A stretch of DNA of 64,000 bases from Nitrosopumilus sp. (GTDB lineage: Archaea; Thermoproteota; Nitrososphaeria; Nitrososphaerales; Nitrosopumilaceae), in contig CBDBLX010000002.1 of NCBI GenBank assembly GCA_965207445.1, positions 1,527,849 to 1,591,848 of the forward strand. Direction: 5' to 3'. How positions within the stretch are numbered: the first letter of the stretch is position 1; each line of letters starts with the position of its first letter. Positions 49,566 through 61,557 of this stretch are shown one piece after another. The position numbers and the translations under genes are program-made. The notes beneath the pieces are model-generated. The model was given only the letters and a program-made list of their open reading frames with translations. It did no database searches and was not told the DNA's origin.

Positions 49566-51239
49566 ATGCTAGATCACATACCATACCCATTTGTACCACG
49601 TCAAATTCAACTAGAAATATTTGATCAGATCGAGGAATGTATAGGCTCAGGATATACCAAAATCATATTGTGTGCACCAACAGGAGTAGGCAAATCACTG
49701 ATAGGTGTTACGATAGCACGTAAATTTGGCAGCTCATTTATAGTGACAGCATCAAAAAATCTGCAGAATCAATACGTAAATGACTTTAACTTTTTAAAAT
49801 CAGTCAAAGGAAAGTCAAACTTTCCATGCCATCAGACGATGACAGATAAGAGAGTCGACGATCCTATATTTGCAGTACGTCAAGGTATGACATGTGAAAA
49901 AGGAAAGTGTGTCACAAAAAAGATTACAAACGGCAAGACAGAGACCATCACATGTAGATTCAAGCCCACAATACAAGAGGTAGAAGTAGATGACAACATT
50001 ACACCAGAAACATGCAAGTATTATCTACAAAAATACAGAGGACTTGTACACGACCACTCGCTATGGAACTATGCGTCATTCTTTCAAGTTGTTAAATTTA
50101 ACAAAAAAATATTCGCAAAGCATCTAGATAGAAATGTTGCCGTATTTGATGAGGCTCACACAATTGAAGAACAAATAGTACAATTTATCGGATATGACAT
50201 AAAGCAACGTCAGGTAGAGGATGCAAACATTGCAATTGACAGGTATGATCTTGACAATACAGATGAAATTCTTTCAATTATAACTGAAATTTCAAAGCAT
50301 TATTCAGAACGTATAAAGGATATAGAAGAGACGGCAGATCCTCAAACACATCCAGAATATGGTATACTTAGTAGACTCCAGAGTAATTATGAGGCAGCAG
50401 CACAAGCCAAGATAGACATTACAGCAGACAAGGAGAATTTTATTGCAAATAAACCCGAAATGGACATTAACAACAAGCTCAAAACATTGTCAATAAAACC
50501 AATAGACATATCGGGGTATTTAGAAGAGTTCCTGATTGCAGAAAATAACGTATTCATGTCAGCTACTATAGACAAGGCAAGTTTTTGTGAGAATATGGGA
50601 CTTGACCATGATGATGTGGCAATAATTGACACTCCAAAATCACCATTTTCAGTTGAGAGTAGAGCAGTAGAGATCTCACGTATTAGGCATCTTAATTATC
50701 AAAGCACGTATGAGGATGAAAAGGCAGTCATAAAGGCAATTGATGATATAATGGATACATATTCAGACAAACGTGGATTGATTTTAACGTCATCAATAGC
50801 AAGATGTTACAAAATACTCAATGAACTCTCACCACACAACAAACAAAGAGTGCGCATATGTCACAGTACCAACCCAAATGGCAAGACACAAGGTGAGATT
50901 ATAAATGAACATAAAAATGATCCTGATGGAGTATTGTTATCATCATCATTGTGGGAGGGAATCGATCTCAAAGACGATCTTTCCAGATTTCAAATTATTG
51001 CAAAGGTGCCATATCCAAATTATGCAGAGAACAGGACACGTATCAAGATGAGGAGGTTTCCAAGCTGGTATCAGTCACGTACATTGACTAAAATGCTACA
51101 AGGTATGGGACGTTCTGTGCGAAACGACGAGGATTGGGCCAAGACATACATACTTGATGGGGCAGTTGATAAATTGCTCAGAATGAGAAACATGATACCA
51201 AAGTCATATCATGATGTACTTGGGATGGATACTCAATAG
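49566..51239 (+). CDS. DinG/XPD-family helicase
   Basis: APTGVGKS, KGKSNFPC (Fe-S Cys), DEAH, MSAT, WEGIDL, KVPYP, QGMGRSVR. Confidence 0.9.
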   Translation: MLDHIPYPFVPRQIQLEIFDQIEECIGSGYTKIILCAPTGVGKSLIGVTIARKFGSSFIVTASKNLQNQYVNDFNFLKSVKGKSNFPCHQTMTDKRVDDPIFAVRQGMTCEKGKCVTKKITNGKTETITCRFKPTIQEVEVDDNITPETCKYYLQKYRGLVHDHSLWNYASFFQVVKFNKKIFAKHLDRNVAVFDEAHTIEEQIVQFIGYDIKQRQVEDANIAIDRYDLDNTDEILSIITEISKHYSERIKDIEETADPQTHPEYGILSRLQSNYEAAAQAKIDITADKENFIANKPEMDINNKLKTLSIKPIDISGYLEEFLIAENNVFMSATIDKASFCENMGLDHDDVAIIDTPKSPFSVESRAVEISRIRHLNYQSTYEDEKAVIKAIDDIMDTYSDKRGLILTSSIARCYKILNELSPHNKQRVRICHSTNPNGKTQGEIINEHKNDPDGVLLSSSLWEGIDLKDDLSRFQIIAKVPYPNYAENRTRIKMRRFPSWYQSRTLTKMLQGMGRSVRNDEDWAKTYILDGAVDKLLRMRNMIPKSYHDVLGMDTQ

Positions 51240-51439
51240 ATACCCGTTGATCATTATAGTACCTACATTAACCCATTTCATTCATCTGTAATTTATTAGA
51301 TGATACAAGATCATTTCAGACTGTCAAATTAGATGATTATGTCACAATTCCAAATAGGATTCGGAGATTAAACATGCATATAATCAAAGCAGACATGAAA
51401 TCAAATATTCTAGTAAAAATTATCCAGTGATTCTACAAA

Positions 51440-53197
51440 TCAATCACGCGGTGTTGTAGTTGCTCCTTGTGCTGCAGATCCGACAAGGGATGCAAATTTT
51501 GCAAGTGCACCCACAGTGTAATTGGGTTTTGGTCTCACCCACTTGGCGCGTCTAGCAGTCATCTGCTCATCTGATACACCCACAACATCAATACGACTAG
51601 CATCAATATCAATAATTATTTTATCGCCATCCTCAAGCAGTGCAAGTGGCCCACCTACGTAAGCCTCAGGTGCAACGTGTCCGACCATAAAGCCCCTAGT
51701 TCCACCTGAAAACCTGCCATCTGTGACCATTGCAACATCTTTTCCGAGTCCTTGGCCCACCAATGCAGCAGTAGTTGCAAGCATCTCTCTCATACCAGGT
51801 CCACCTTTTGGACCTTCATATCGTATCACAACCACATCACCTGAAACGATCTCGCCTTTAGATACCATATAAAACGCATCATCTTCTCGATCAAAGACTC
51901 GTGCTGTGCCCTCAAATTTTCTCATCTGAACACCGGCAGTTTTAATTACAGCACCATCAGGTGCAAGTGATCCTTTGAGTATAACAGCAGTACCAGTATT
52001 ATGAATTGGATTCTCAACTGTACGCAATATACCAGGCGCATACTGTAGTTGATTTATTTGATCATTATTTTTAAGATCAGTGTTTGGTGGGGGATTCAAA
52101 GTCTTTTGTGCATTATTAATTATACTTTTTAGATTCTCTGATCTAAGATTTTCTGATATGGTCTTGCCCGTGACGGTAATACAGTCCCCATGCAATAATC
52201 CAGCATCAAGTAAACGTTTCATTACAATTGGAATTCCACCGATCTTATCAAGTGAATTCATTACATAGTTTCCACCAGGTTTCATATCTGTAATGTGAGG
52301 CGTCTTTTTGCGTACACGCTCAAAATCATCATAAGTGAGATTCACACCAACCTCCCGTGAGAGTGCAAGTAAATGCAGTATTCCATTTGTAGAACCGCCA
52401 ACTGAATTTAACATTGCAATGGCATTCTCAAATGCCTCAAAACTTAAAATGTCACGTGGTCTAATATTAGACTCGAGTAACTTTACACAAGCCACACCAG
52501 TGTCATATACCATCTGCTCACGTCTTGCATCTTCTGCAGGCGGACTCGCGCTTCCAGGCAGTGCAAGCCCTATTGCCTCTGATATTGATGCCATTGTATT
52601 TGCAGTAAACATGCCACCACAGGAACCAGCGCTAGGACACGCAGTATCTTCTATACGTTTTAACTGCTCAAGTGATATATTTCCAGCATCATACGAGCCG
52701 ACTGCTTCATAAACATCAACTATTGTTAACTCATCTCCATCAAGCATACCAGGCATTATCGTCCCACCATACACAAAAACAGATGGAAGATTGAGTCTTG
52801 CCATCGCCATCATTGTACCAGGCAGGCTCTTGTCACAGCCCGCAATACCCACTAGTGCATCATATTGGTGCGCACGCATCATTAATTCAATAGAATCAGC
52901 AATTACCTCACGAGATACCAGAGACGATTTCATCCCTTCATGTCCCATTGCAATGCCATCACTCACAGCAATAGTGGAAAACTCCCTAGGTGTTGCACCT
53001 GCATCAGATACACCTTTTTTTGCTTTAAGAGCCAATTGTGGAAGATGTATGTTGCAAGGAGTCGCCTCGTTTCCAGTGTGACAGACACCTACAAACGGCT
53101 TTTGGATATCATCATCTGAAAGTGACATTGCCTTGTACATTGCCCTGTGCGGTGCTCTAGCAGTACCACTGACTACATTTCTACTCGATATTTCCAT
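51440..53197 (-). CDS. ilvD: Dihydroxy-acid dehydratase
   Basis: [57 protein letters not shown]. Confidence 0.97.
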   Translation of the reverse strand: MEISSRNVVSGTARAPHRAMYKAMSLSDDDIQKPFVGVCHTGNEATPCNIHLPQLALKAKKGVSDAGATPREFSTIAVSDGIAMGHEGMKSSLVSREVIADSIELMMRAHQYDALVGIAGCDKSLPGTMMAMARLNLPSVFVYGGTIMPGMLDGDELTIVDVYEAVGSYDAGNISLEQLKRIEDTACPSAGSCGGMFTANTMASISEAIGLALPGSASPPAEDARREQMVYDTGVACVKLLESNIRPRDILSFEAFENAIAMLNSVGGSTNGILHLLALSREVGVNLTYDDFERVRKKTPHITDMKPGGNYVMNSLDKIGGIPIVMKRLLDAGLLHGDCITVTGKTISENLRSENLKSIINNAQKTLNPPPNTDLKNNDQINQLQYAPGILRTVENPIHNTGTAVILKGSLAPDGAVIKTAGVQMRKFEGTARVFDREDDAFYMVSKGEIVSGDVVVIRYEGPKGGPGMREMLATTAALVGQGLGKDVAMVTDGRFSGGTRGFMVGHVAPEAYVGGPLALLEDGDKIIIDIDASRIDVVGVSDEQMTARRAKWVRPKPNYTVGALAKFASLVGSAAQGATTTPRD

Positions 53198-53277
53198 ACA
53201 GTTTCAATACAGATAGTCATTATAACATTGCCTATTGGTTTGTTGTTGATGTGTGTTGTAATTGAAATTGTTGTTGG

Positions 53278-53298
53278 TAAGAGTGGGAACTTTGCCAT
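53278..53298 (-). pseudogene. Possible 5' stub of a HicA toxin gene
   Basis: ATG overlaps the hicB stop (TAATG) and reads MAKFPLL, like HicA N-termini, then loses similarity. Confidence 0.45.
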
Positions 53299-53510
53299 TA
53301 CTGCTCCATGACAAGCATGTTAAAGTCAGTTGTGCGTCCGTTCGCTTCGGCTGCACATTCCATTGCCTCTCTCACATTACCCATCACCTCACCAAATGTC
53401 TCACCCTCTGATACTGCGTGGAGCTCGTCACAAGTACCTACGAATCCGCCTTCCTCAAGATCTTTGGTTAACACAACCGTGTATGTCTTTTTTTGTACCG
53501 TAGTGCTCAT
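53298..53510 (-). CDS. hicB: HicB-family antitoxin
   Basis: YTVVL..DLEEGGFV..C.EL.AVSEGET..E...N..EA. Confidence 0.85.
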   Translation of the reverse strand: MSTTVQKKTYTVVLTKDLEEGGFVGTCDELHAVSEGETFGEVMGNVREAMECAAEANGRTTDFNMLVMEQ

Positions 53511-53965
53511 GATGTTGTTACCCTCCAGAGTCTTAAAAAGATTGTCTGCGTTGCATGTGTCTTTGTGTACAAAAGCAGGCTATAAACTGCATCAACTCTC
53601 GAAAGGATTGATGCAATCTTTTGTTGCTCTAATAAAGAAGGAGTTGGAACTCGTATAATGCCAAGGTTTGTTTTTGATAGCCCGTAAACAGAAATCCCGG
53701 TAACATATGATATGATCTGGATTTTTACTAGCCTGGATGACGTGATGTAGGCCCTGAAATTCGAATCTGTAATGCCACTGCTGTCTCGTAACGCTATTGT
53801 GTGCAACCCAGAAACAATCTGCTTATCATCTATGTTTTTTATTAAAATGCTGGCACCAGAGCCCTCATGATCTTCTGACGCATCCGCAATTATTAGGTCT
53901 CCGTTCTTCAACACAGATGCTTTTTGAACTTTGTCATGATTAAGAGGTTGGTGCGTAATTGACAT
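53507..53965 (-). pseudogene. hsdS: Type I RM specificity subunit fragment (partial single TRD)
   Basis: LKNGDLIIADASED...VSGLHTIALR...G.SVYGLSK...P.P.L.EQQKIASILSRVD. Confidence 0.75.
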
Positions 53966-54129
53966 TTGGCCTGCCTGTGACCCGTCTGTGAACTTGGTTT
54001 ATTGCACATTCAATCTACAAAAGACTGGAATCTATCTATAGTGCGTTTCGTTTTTGAATATGCATGTGTGTTGTTTTGGCAAACATGGATTATAGAACAT
54101 GAAACGTGCAAGTGTGATAGCAGTCACTA

Positions 54130-55237
54130 TCATTTGTATGATGGAATCTTTTGCCCTTTTTCATGAGCGCAGATAAATCTGTTCAGGGCGTTGATATTCC
54201 ATGCAATCGATAATATTTTACCAAACCGCTTTCTGTTTTCGGCCAGACGCATACGACAGTGTAGCCTATGATTCTTTGTCTCTTCTACTGCTCCAAATAT
54301 TGCCTCGATAAGTGCGCGTTGTTTGTATGTATCTTTGTCAAAGATCTCCGCTGCTTTTTTTCTGCTTGGTGGTTTGCCACGGTTTGTATGACCTGCGCCA
54401 TCTGTGTGATTGCGCTGCTTGATGTTCGGTTTCATGTTTGCATTGAATATTATCTCACAGTTTTGATCCGAGTCATATCCCTTGTCTCCGTTGAATAAGC
54501 GTTCTTCAATACGTGTATAGTTTTTTGTGAGAAAGCTGACCATATATGGAAGCATTGACGTGTCACTCACATTGCTTGGAGTTGTGTATGATGCAAGTAT
54601 GATCTGGTGTCCGGTTATCGAAGTAATGTGATATTTTAGGTACGTCTTGACGCGTGTCGGCTCAAAGTCTTGTAGTACATGATTAGGTCTTTCTTGTTTT
54701 TCGTACCTGTCAATCTCTATACCACACTACTGTCTATCCCAATTGGAGCTGTAGGTTCTTGTTTTACGTCTTGTTTACCGCCCTCAAAATCCTTATACCC
54801 GTGCGTAAGTATGGTCTCTTTACCTTTTATCGGTACCGGATCTGTCCCCGATTTTTTAAAGTTCATTTAGACACATATTGGCAGTATATCCAAAATAGAA
54901 TCAAGCCAGTCGAGATCAATTGTTTGCATATGTTTTGGTTACCCAACTAATCAGGCACCGGCTCGTCAACCCATTCATCATACATATGTCCAAGCTCATT
55001 TACCACGTCACGAAAAGGAATATTTTTTGCAACTTTAAAAAGACACAAAAAATCCATCTTGTCACGCGAGTGTACTGGCTTGCATCCTACTCTATTTGTC
55101 TTCTTTTCCTTGCACGGGTGTGGGTTTTTTCGTATCGCCGACAACCATGTCTTGCGCATAAAATCCTGCTCAGATTTGCGTGCCTGTTCGTAATACAGCC
55201 AGTAACCTTTGCGTCGCTTGTGCTGCTGCTCTGTCAC
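54130..55237 (-). pseudogene. IS5/IS4-type (DDE_Tnp_1-like) transposase pseudogene
   Basis: Fragments in several frames: EPVPD, IGIDSS, YLKYHI, SNVSD, GDKGYDS, YKQRALIEAIFG. Confidence 0.8.
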
Positions 55238-55703
55238 TATACGGTCTGCATCCTTGATTTGTTCTTATTTGAAACCCACACACTAAATTTACACAAACAA
55301 CAAGCAGACGTCACATTCATCACAAACCATGCATTGTAATGGGTGTCATTCTCTGTGTAGTATAGCATGTTGTGGCAGCCCACCATATGTCGTCGTTCCA
55401 CCACACTTCACAAACGATACGTTGATAACATTGGCTAGTCAACGTTGTTTAGCATCCCCTTTGGTGGTATCACAATTATTCAATTGGGATGCCCCTATAA
55501 GTAACTTTTGGTATGCGCGCAGATACTTCTATATATAAGCTTATTAAATATATGTACATAAAACTCTGGTGATATTTGCAGATGGCTTTGCAAGTACGAT
55601 GCAGGTGGCGATTTGATGAATTACGCACCAACCACTCACAATCATCACACTTTAAAAAGAAAATAAAAGAACTAGTTAATTATGACAACATCATAGCACA
55701 GAT

Positions 55704-56090
55704 ATGGGTATGTATGCAGCACTTGTCTGTACAATCATAGGTGCAATTGCAGTCATGGCAGTCATATTTGGAATGGATGTATTGAAGATGAGTGTATCAA
55801 CTGAAAAGTACTCGGTATTTGTGGATCCCATAATAGACAAACAAAGTCTCTTTGTAGTCGGACGCGTAACGGTCCAGAATACAGGCTCAGAACCACTCAC
55901 AAATGTGCGCGTTAACTTTGGAAATGAAAAAGTACAAGAGATACCCATTATCAAACAAGGTCAAAAAATAATCCTCACACCACCTGAAAATAACTCCATG
56001 CAATTTGTAACGATCAGTGCAGATAATGGAATATATCAATCAAAGGCATACAGAGAACTACCAAAGATGGTCGGAATGATGGGCTCATAA
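55704..56090 (+). CDS. Hypothetical membrane-anchored Ig-like protein
   Basis: N-terminal TM; VTVQNTGSEPLTNVRV. Confidence 0.7.
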   Translation: MGMYAALVCTIIGAIAVMAVIFGMDVLKMSVSTEKYSVFVDPIIDKQSLFVVGRVTVQNTGSEPLTNVRVNFGNEKVQEIPIIKQGQKIILTPPENNSMQFVTISADNGIYQSKAYRELPKMVGMMGS

Positions 56091-56246
56091 CAACTCAGAG
56101 AAAAATAACGACAACCATACGCATAGACAACCATACGCATAGACAACTATTAAAACAAAAGACATTAAAAAATAATTATAAAAATAACACACCAACTGAA
56201 CAACCTCAAATACAACTTCATATATCAACAGAAAATAACCAAACGT

Positions 56247-56687
56247 ATGGACAACTGCAAATCAGCAGAGCAGAATATTGAAAAAGACACAAATGTGCAC
56301 GATAAAAAGTCAACATATACAGAGACGACTCACTATCAAGCATTTTATCAAGATATACAAGAACTAGTTCAAAAGTACAAGAGTAAAGGAACATATCTAA
56401 AAATAAAGCACGATGATGAAAACAACATTATACGCATTACAAGTGAGCAATCCACACCAAAATCAAGGGCAATAAACGGCCTTGAGGACATCATTGAACT
56501 AGCACAAGCAACAGCAGAACATCATCCATATTGGGGACTCTTATCAAACTCAGCAGAGATAGTAAACACAACACTAGACAAATGGAACGATACGATGACA
56601 GACAAGGATATAGAAGACATCAAATGGTACGTTCAAAAAATAGAATACATTGTAAACAACAATATTGCAATAGAGAAAAACAATTAG
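56247..56687 (+). CDS. Hypothetical protein
   Basis: 146-aa ORF, helical, TAEHHPYW motif. Confidence 0.65.
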   Translation: MDNCKSAEQNIEKDTNVHDKKSTYTETTHYQAFYQDIQELVQKYKSKGTYLKIKHDDENNIIRITSEQSTPKSRAINGLEDIIELAQATAEHHPYWGLLSNSAEIVNTTLDKWNDTMTDKDIEDIKWYVQKIEYIVNNNIAIEKNN

Positions 56688-57155
56688 ACAACATGAATCG
56701 TGTAAACTAAAAATGTGCAGATGTAAAAATTAGGCAAACAAGTAAGAGATGTAAATCACATATCATAGTCAACCTGCAAGTATCTTTCACTACAAGTGAC
56801 ATACGTGTAAGTTTATTAAAAATGATCATAATAATTTTATAATAAATTAAACATGTAAAACGTGTTTTTGTATAAATTATATATATTGACTCTACAAATA
56901 TATCATAAATGATTTCATAATAAAATAGTTGCAGTTTTTGGCCACAGTGATTATATAATTTGTAAAGTATCATTTAACTATATAATATCACATAGTAAAA
57001 TAACATATTTAAAAAACATTAACTAGTGCACGATCTTTTTATTATAAGCTCATAATAAATAGAATATAGATAATTATATTGACACTATAGAGATATATTG
57101 AATTTATGTAGAAAATCTGAAAAATAATTAAAAAGGATAAGGTCGTAACTATACC

Positions 57156-58067
57156 ATGCAAAAGAAGATAGAAGATATATCAGAACAGTGCTCTGGATGT
57201 GGAAACATGCAGATCATAGCAGATGACATTACAGGTGAACTCTTTTGTAACAAGTGCGGCCTAGTCTTAAGTGACAGACAGGTAGATGAGGGAGCAGAAT
57301 GGCGCTCGTTTTCAAATGAAGAGCAGAGTAGAGCGCGCACAGGTGCAGGTACAACACTGACTATGCACGACATGGGGCTCTCCACCGTAATAGGTGCAAT
57401 AAACAAAGACTCTACTGGAAAACCACTTGCAGCAGGTGTAAAGAGTTCAATTGACCGACTACGTACATGGGACAATAGGACACAAGCAAAAAATTCCACA
57501 GACAAGAACCTAAGACAGGCGCTAAACGAGATGAATAAACTAAAAGATAAACTAGCGCTAAGTGAGGCAGTCATTACAAATGCAGCATACATATATCGCA
57601 AGGCCATGGAGAAAAAGCTTGTAAAAGGGCGTACAATACACGGCCTAGTAGCAGCATGCATGTATGCAGCATGTCGCAATGCAGAGACACCTAGAACACT
57701 TGATGACATTGCAGAAGAGATGAATATACGGCGCAAAGATGTTGCAAGGTGTTATCGGTTAATATTCCGAGAGCTCGACCTCAAGATGCCAGTGGTAGAC
57801 CCAGTAAAGGGCATATCACGAATTGCAAGCATTGTAGGACTGAGTGAAAAGACACAAAGAATTGCAGCTCGTACGCTAGCAAAAGCAAAAAAGAAAGGAA
57901 TAGCAGCAGGCAAAGATCCAATGGGTCTTGCAGCAGCAGCGTTATACCTTGCATGTGTCAATAATGGAGAGTCCAAGACACAAAAGGACATATCAGTGGC
58001 ATCAGGTGTCACAGAGGTCACTGTACGAAATAGATGTGCAGGGCTTCGAGCACTAGTTGAAGAATAG
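57156..58067 (+). CDS. tfb: Transcription initiation factor IIB
   Basis: Zn ribbon CSGC..CNKCG, EWRSF, HDMGLST, two cyclin repeats (KGR, GKDPMGLAAAALY, VTEVTVRNR). Confidence 0.97.
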   Translation: MQKKIEDISEQCSGCGNMQIIADDITGELFCNKCGLVLSDRQVDEGAEWRSFSNEEQSRARTGAGTTLTMHDMGLSTVIGAINKDSTGKPLAAGVKSSIDRLRTWDNRTQAKNSTDKNLRQALNEMNKLKDKLALSEAVITNAAYIYRKAMEKKLVKGRTIHGLVAACMYAACRNAETPRTLDDIAEEMNIRRKDVARCYRLIFRELDLKMPVVDPVKGISRIASIVGLSEKTQRIAARTLAKAKKKGIAAGKDPMGLAAAALYLACVNNGESKTQKDISVASGVTEVTVRNRCAGLRALVEE

Positions 58068-58174
58068 GGTTCTATACCTATTCTTTTATTTTATTTTATT
58101 TTATTTACCAAATATAATGTATACTAATATAAATATATTATAAACATATTATGAACATCGCTATATGAGTGTCA

Positions 58175-58483
58175 CTATATGGCCTCTTGCCTATTCAAAT
58201 CTTCGAAGAAAGTCAGTGTTCATTCGATTTTGGAATTTAATGTCGCTTCCTTTTTCAAATGTGCCCTGATCAGAATATGTGGGTTTTCAAGTTAGGCCCC
58301 CATTCTTTTTAACTCAGCCACCTTTCTTTTTGCTTCTGCAAGCAGTGTGACTAACTTGTGATCATATGTGAATGCCGATGGTAGCATCCGAGGAACAAAT
58401 GTTGTATCCTCATTTGAGATATCCTCAAATTTGTCATTTGGTTTGATGAACTCATCTAAATTACTCCATGGGAATTTGTTATA
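58175..58483 (-). pseudogene. Fic-family protein N-terminal remnant
   Basis: FVPRMLP...LLAEAKRKVAEL..MGA*LENPHILIR...KEA..NSKIE*T matches the Fic N-terminal region; two internal stops; abuts a MITE. Confidence 0.75.
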
Positions 58484-58565
58484 GTAACCGTTCAACCCCC
58501 GGTACCTGCGCCAGACAGTAGGCGGTGAATTTGTGCCTAAATTTGGAAATGGGTTGAACGGTTAC
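58484..58565 (+). mobile_element. MITE family 1 (82 bp)
   Basis: GTAACCGTTCAACCC / GGGTTGAACGGTTAC perfect ends. Confidence 0.88.
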
Positions 58566-58681
58566 TGTGTCATACTCTGATGATTTTAAATGACGTTAAA
58601 AAGTATCCATCTGCTTTAATCGTAGCAACAGTATACTCAAGTCTTGTTTACGTATTGGTGCAAATTATTTAAAACATAAAA

Positions 58682-59275
58682 TCATCTAAGGATGATCTGG
58701 TTTTCCAAACGCAATAACTGTGATTCTAACTTGTCAGGTTCTGCCCCATACGATACCAAAACACGGTCATTTTCCATTGGTTCATAATCTCGCAAATCAT
58801 CCATAGGTTCACCATTTACATAAAATACCAAATTGTACGTATCATCTGTACAAAATGACCTACTATCTGGAAATATAAAACAATTTTCATCAATTTGTAT
58901 TCCAAGTGTCTCAAATAGATATCCCAGCGTCACACCTGTAGCATGTTTGTGTATAGTAGAGCCATCCCGCCCTTCAAAATGAATCCAGTTTGATTTTAAT
59001 TGATATGAAGGAGATGAAAAGTCAAATCTGTCGTTAAATATCTCAACTAGTATTGCAGTGTGATCGTGTGCGCTTCCAAGTGCACCAGCATTAGGAGGCC
59101 CACCAGGTGCTGTGCCAGGCATCTCCAAATAAAGTAGTATCGCATAACCAAGAATTGAGCCAATTACTGCCAACACACCAATTGCAATCAACAAATGTTT
59201 TCTTTTCTCAGAGGATTGTTTTGATGCATAACTCTGACGTTTTTGTTCACGTTCTCGTCTCTCTTTACGGCCCAT
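58682..59275 (-). CDS. Conserved thaumarchaeal-type membrane-anchored protein
   Basis: Basic N-terminus, one TM, H.H, WIHFE, IHKH motifs. Confidence 0.75.
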   Translation of the reverse strand: MGRKERREREQKRQSYASKQSSEKRKHLLIAIGVLAVIGSILGYAILLYLEMPGTAPGGPPNAGALGSAHDHTAILVEIFNDRFDFSSPSYQLKSNWIHFEGRDGSTIHKHATGVTLGYLFETLGIQIDENCFIFPDSRSFCTDDTYNLVFYVNGEPMDDLRDYEPMENDRVLVSYGAEPDKLESQLLRLENQIILR

Positions 59276-59621
59276 TAATAATCACAGCCTCATATGACCT
59301 TAATTAAGGATTTGGTACTTTGACATGATTGTGATTTTGTGTGCCTAAAGACCCATCAATGCCACTGCACAGATTCTAATTGTGATTTTGTAGAATATTA
59401 GAACCAATCATACCTCTGATAAACTCATTTGAATAGGTAAATTAAAAAAAATGACCCACGGTTTTTTGTCTAATTTTTGGAAAAGACTGTGTGTTTACTA
59501 CCGTGTATTATTTTACTCACTGTCAAAATTTAGCAATACATACCCAAATAGTTGCATATCAAGAGTTTACAAGAGAGTCAATAAAACAAACATTATTAAA
59601 AAAAATATTGCACAAGTGTGT

Positions 59622-60047
59622 ATGAAGTGTGTGTTCTGTGAGATTGTGCACGGTTCAAGTAATGCACACATAATATACGAAGACAAACTACACATGGCGT
59701 TTCTTGACAAGTATCCCATCAGCAAGGGGCACTGTCTGATAATCCCAAAACAACATTACAAAAAGATAACGGATATGAAAGACACAAATGTAGGAAAGTT
59801 ATTCTCGATCGTCCCACACGTGGCAAAAGCAGTATTAAATGCAACAAGAGCAGATGGATTCAATCTTGGGCAAAACAACGGCAAGGCTGCACGGCAGATA
59901 GTACCCCATGTACACATACACATCATACCACGATACAAAAAACATGATGTAATATGGACAAAGCGTGAAATGGTCAAAGATGAAGACTTGGGAAAACTAG
60001 CAAACAAGATAAGAAAAAAGATGTCTGTTAATACCGCATTCAAATGA
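59622..60047 (+). CDS. HIT-family hydrolase
   Basis: MKCVFCEI, GHCLIIPK.H, Q.VPHVHIHIIPR; start placed at 59622. Confidence 0.92.
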   Translation: MKCVFCEIVHGSSNAHIIYEDKLHMAFLDKYPISKGHCLIIPKQHYKKITDMKDTNVGKLFSIVPHVAKAVLNATRADGFNLGQNNGKAARQIVPHVHIHIIPRYKKHDVIWTKREMVKDEDLGKLANKIRKKMSVNTAFK

Positions 60048-60067
60048 TAATTACAAGTAATGTATCA

Positions 60068-60172
60068 TTAATAATATAATAATAATAATAAACATAATAA
60101 TAAACATAATAATAAACACAATAATATAATAATAATTATAATAGTAATATAATAGTAATATAATAGTAATAT
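60068..60172. repeat. AAT-based low-complexity tract between convergent genes
   Basis: taataatataataataataataaacataataataaac... read directly. Confidence 0.85.
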
Positions 60173-60239
60173 ACATACTATTCAATATAACAGCGTAAAA
60201 TTAGAATTTTAATAGTTATAATTTTAACATGTAATAACG

Positions 60240-61520
60240 CTACTTTGCATGTCCAGGATTATACCGAAGTATTGCACCAACTTTGCCAAGACTTGCAAGC
60301 ATATTCCCATGCTCAGCAGTACCAGATACAACCTCAATATCAGATCCAGTTTTAGTTGCAATCAATCCCAGATAATCTATCACATCCTGAACAACAACAT
60401 CAATATCGTGAGCATCACAAGACGGACAAGGGTTACTCAAAAAAGCAGTCTTTGTTGGGACTACATCAGTAATGTTTACTATATTTTCTTGTTCATTTGC
60501 ACAACGCTTGCAAGTTGCAACGACTCTGTGTAAGGCAGTATCATCAGTAATTATTACAGTCTTGACAGTGCGGTTCTTGAGATGTTCTATGACTTCTGAT
60601 AGTCCGTATGAGCCCAACCCACTACGTGCATTTATCTCCCTGAACAGATTATCAACTAGTTTTTTTTCTTCTACCATACGAAAACCTGCCAAAATGTCAT
60701 CAGAGCGTGCAAAGGCCTCTCGGATTCCCTCTGCACCAGAGTATGAAGAATCAATGGTTGCAAGTATCATGTTTTGAAGTCTGTACTCCAAGTATCCACC
60801 GTTTACAAATTCTTCTTTTGTAGGTCCGGGTCCGGATACAATCAACCCCTTTATTTGATATGTATCAATAAAAAATTCACGAGTTGTATTGCCAACCCTA
60901 TTAAAAAAGTATGTCAGTTCCATCTCACGTAATTTTTGAAATCGCTTTGCAGACTGCCCTCCCTGTCTATGCTTTCCTGCAACACCAGAACCCGTTTGGC
61001 TCAACACCTCCACCTTACTGCCTTGCAGTAACCCCCAACCAGCATCTTTAGAGTCAATTGCTAAAAATCCTATCATATTATCGTCTTTGAGCATATCCTT
61101 TAGCAGATCAACGTGAAAATGATTATCGCATCTATACAGATACTGATTCAGATCCTTTGGAGGATCAATCTCCCAAATTTTTATCACCTCGCTTCCAAGT
61201 GGTCCACCACCATCAGGCGGAAGCGCACCACAAAATACTGCCAATCCTCGCTCAGGAGTCTTTTTGTATAGTTTGAGTCTCTGCACTACCTTTTTGAGCG
61301 AATCAACAACATGTGTTCTTGTTGTATCGGATTTTATATTCTCAGCAGTTCCTTGTTCTTGTTGCAAGGTGTTTATCACTTCATGAAGTTGCTTGCTCTT
61401 TGGAATATACACAGATACGAGTTCAGTCCCTCTACCAACCTTGTGAGATAGTTCATCAAGTGCGCGTCGGATTCGGTACATCTTTACAGAATCCTGTTTT
61501 TCGACGTTTATCTTTTTCAT
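60240..61520 (-). CDS. prf1: Peptide chain release factor aRF1
   Basis: GTELVSVYIP, NIKS, YRCD, GKHRQGGQSAKRF, GAILRY; start at 61520 or 61535. Confidence 0.96.
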   Translation of the reverse strand: MKKINVEKQDSVKMYRIRRALDELSHKVGRGTELVSVYIPKSKQLHEVINTLQQEQGTAENIKSDTTRTHVVDSLKKVVQRLKLYKKTPERGLAVFCGALPPDGGGPLGSEVIKIWEIDPPKDLNQYLYRCDNHFHVDLLKDMLKDDNMIGFLAIDSKDAGWGLLQGSKVEVLSQTGSGVAGKHRQGGQSAKRFQKLREMELTYFFNRVGNTTREFFIDTYQIKGLIVSGPGPTKEEFVNGGYLEYRLQNMILATIDSSYSGAEGIREAFARSDDILAGFRMVEEKKLVDNLFREINARSGLGSYGLSEVIEHLKNRTVKTVIITDDTALHRVVATCKRCANEQENIVNITDVVPTKTAFLSNPCPSCDAHDIDVVVQDVIDYLGLIATKTGSDIEVVSGTAEHGNMLASLGKVGAILRYNPGHAK

Positions 61521-61557
61521 GATCAAAGTATACACTATGTATATAATAAATCTCAGG

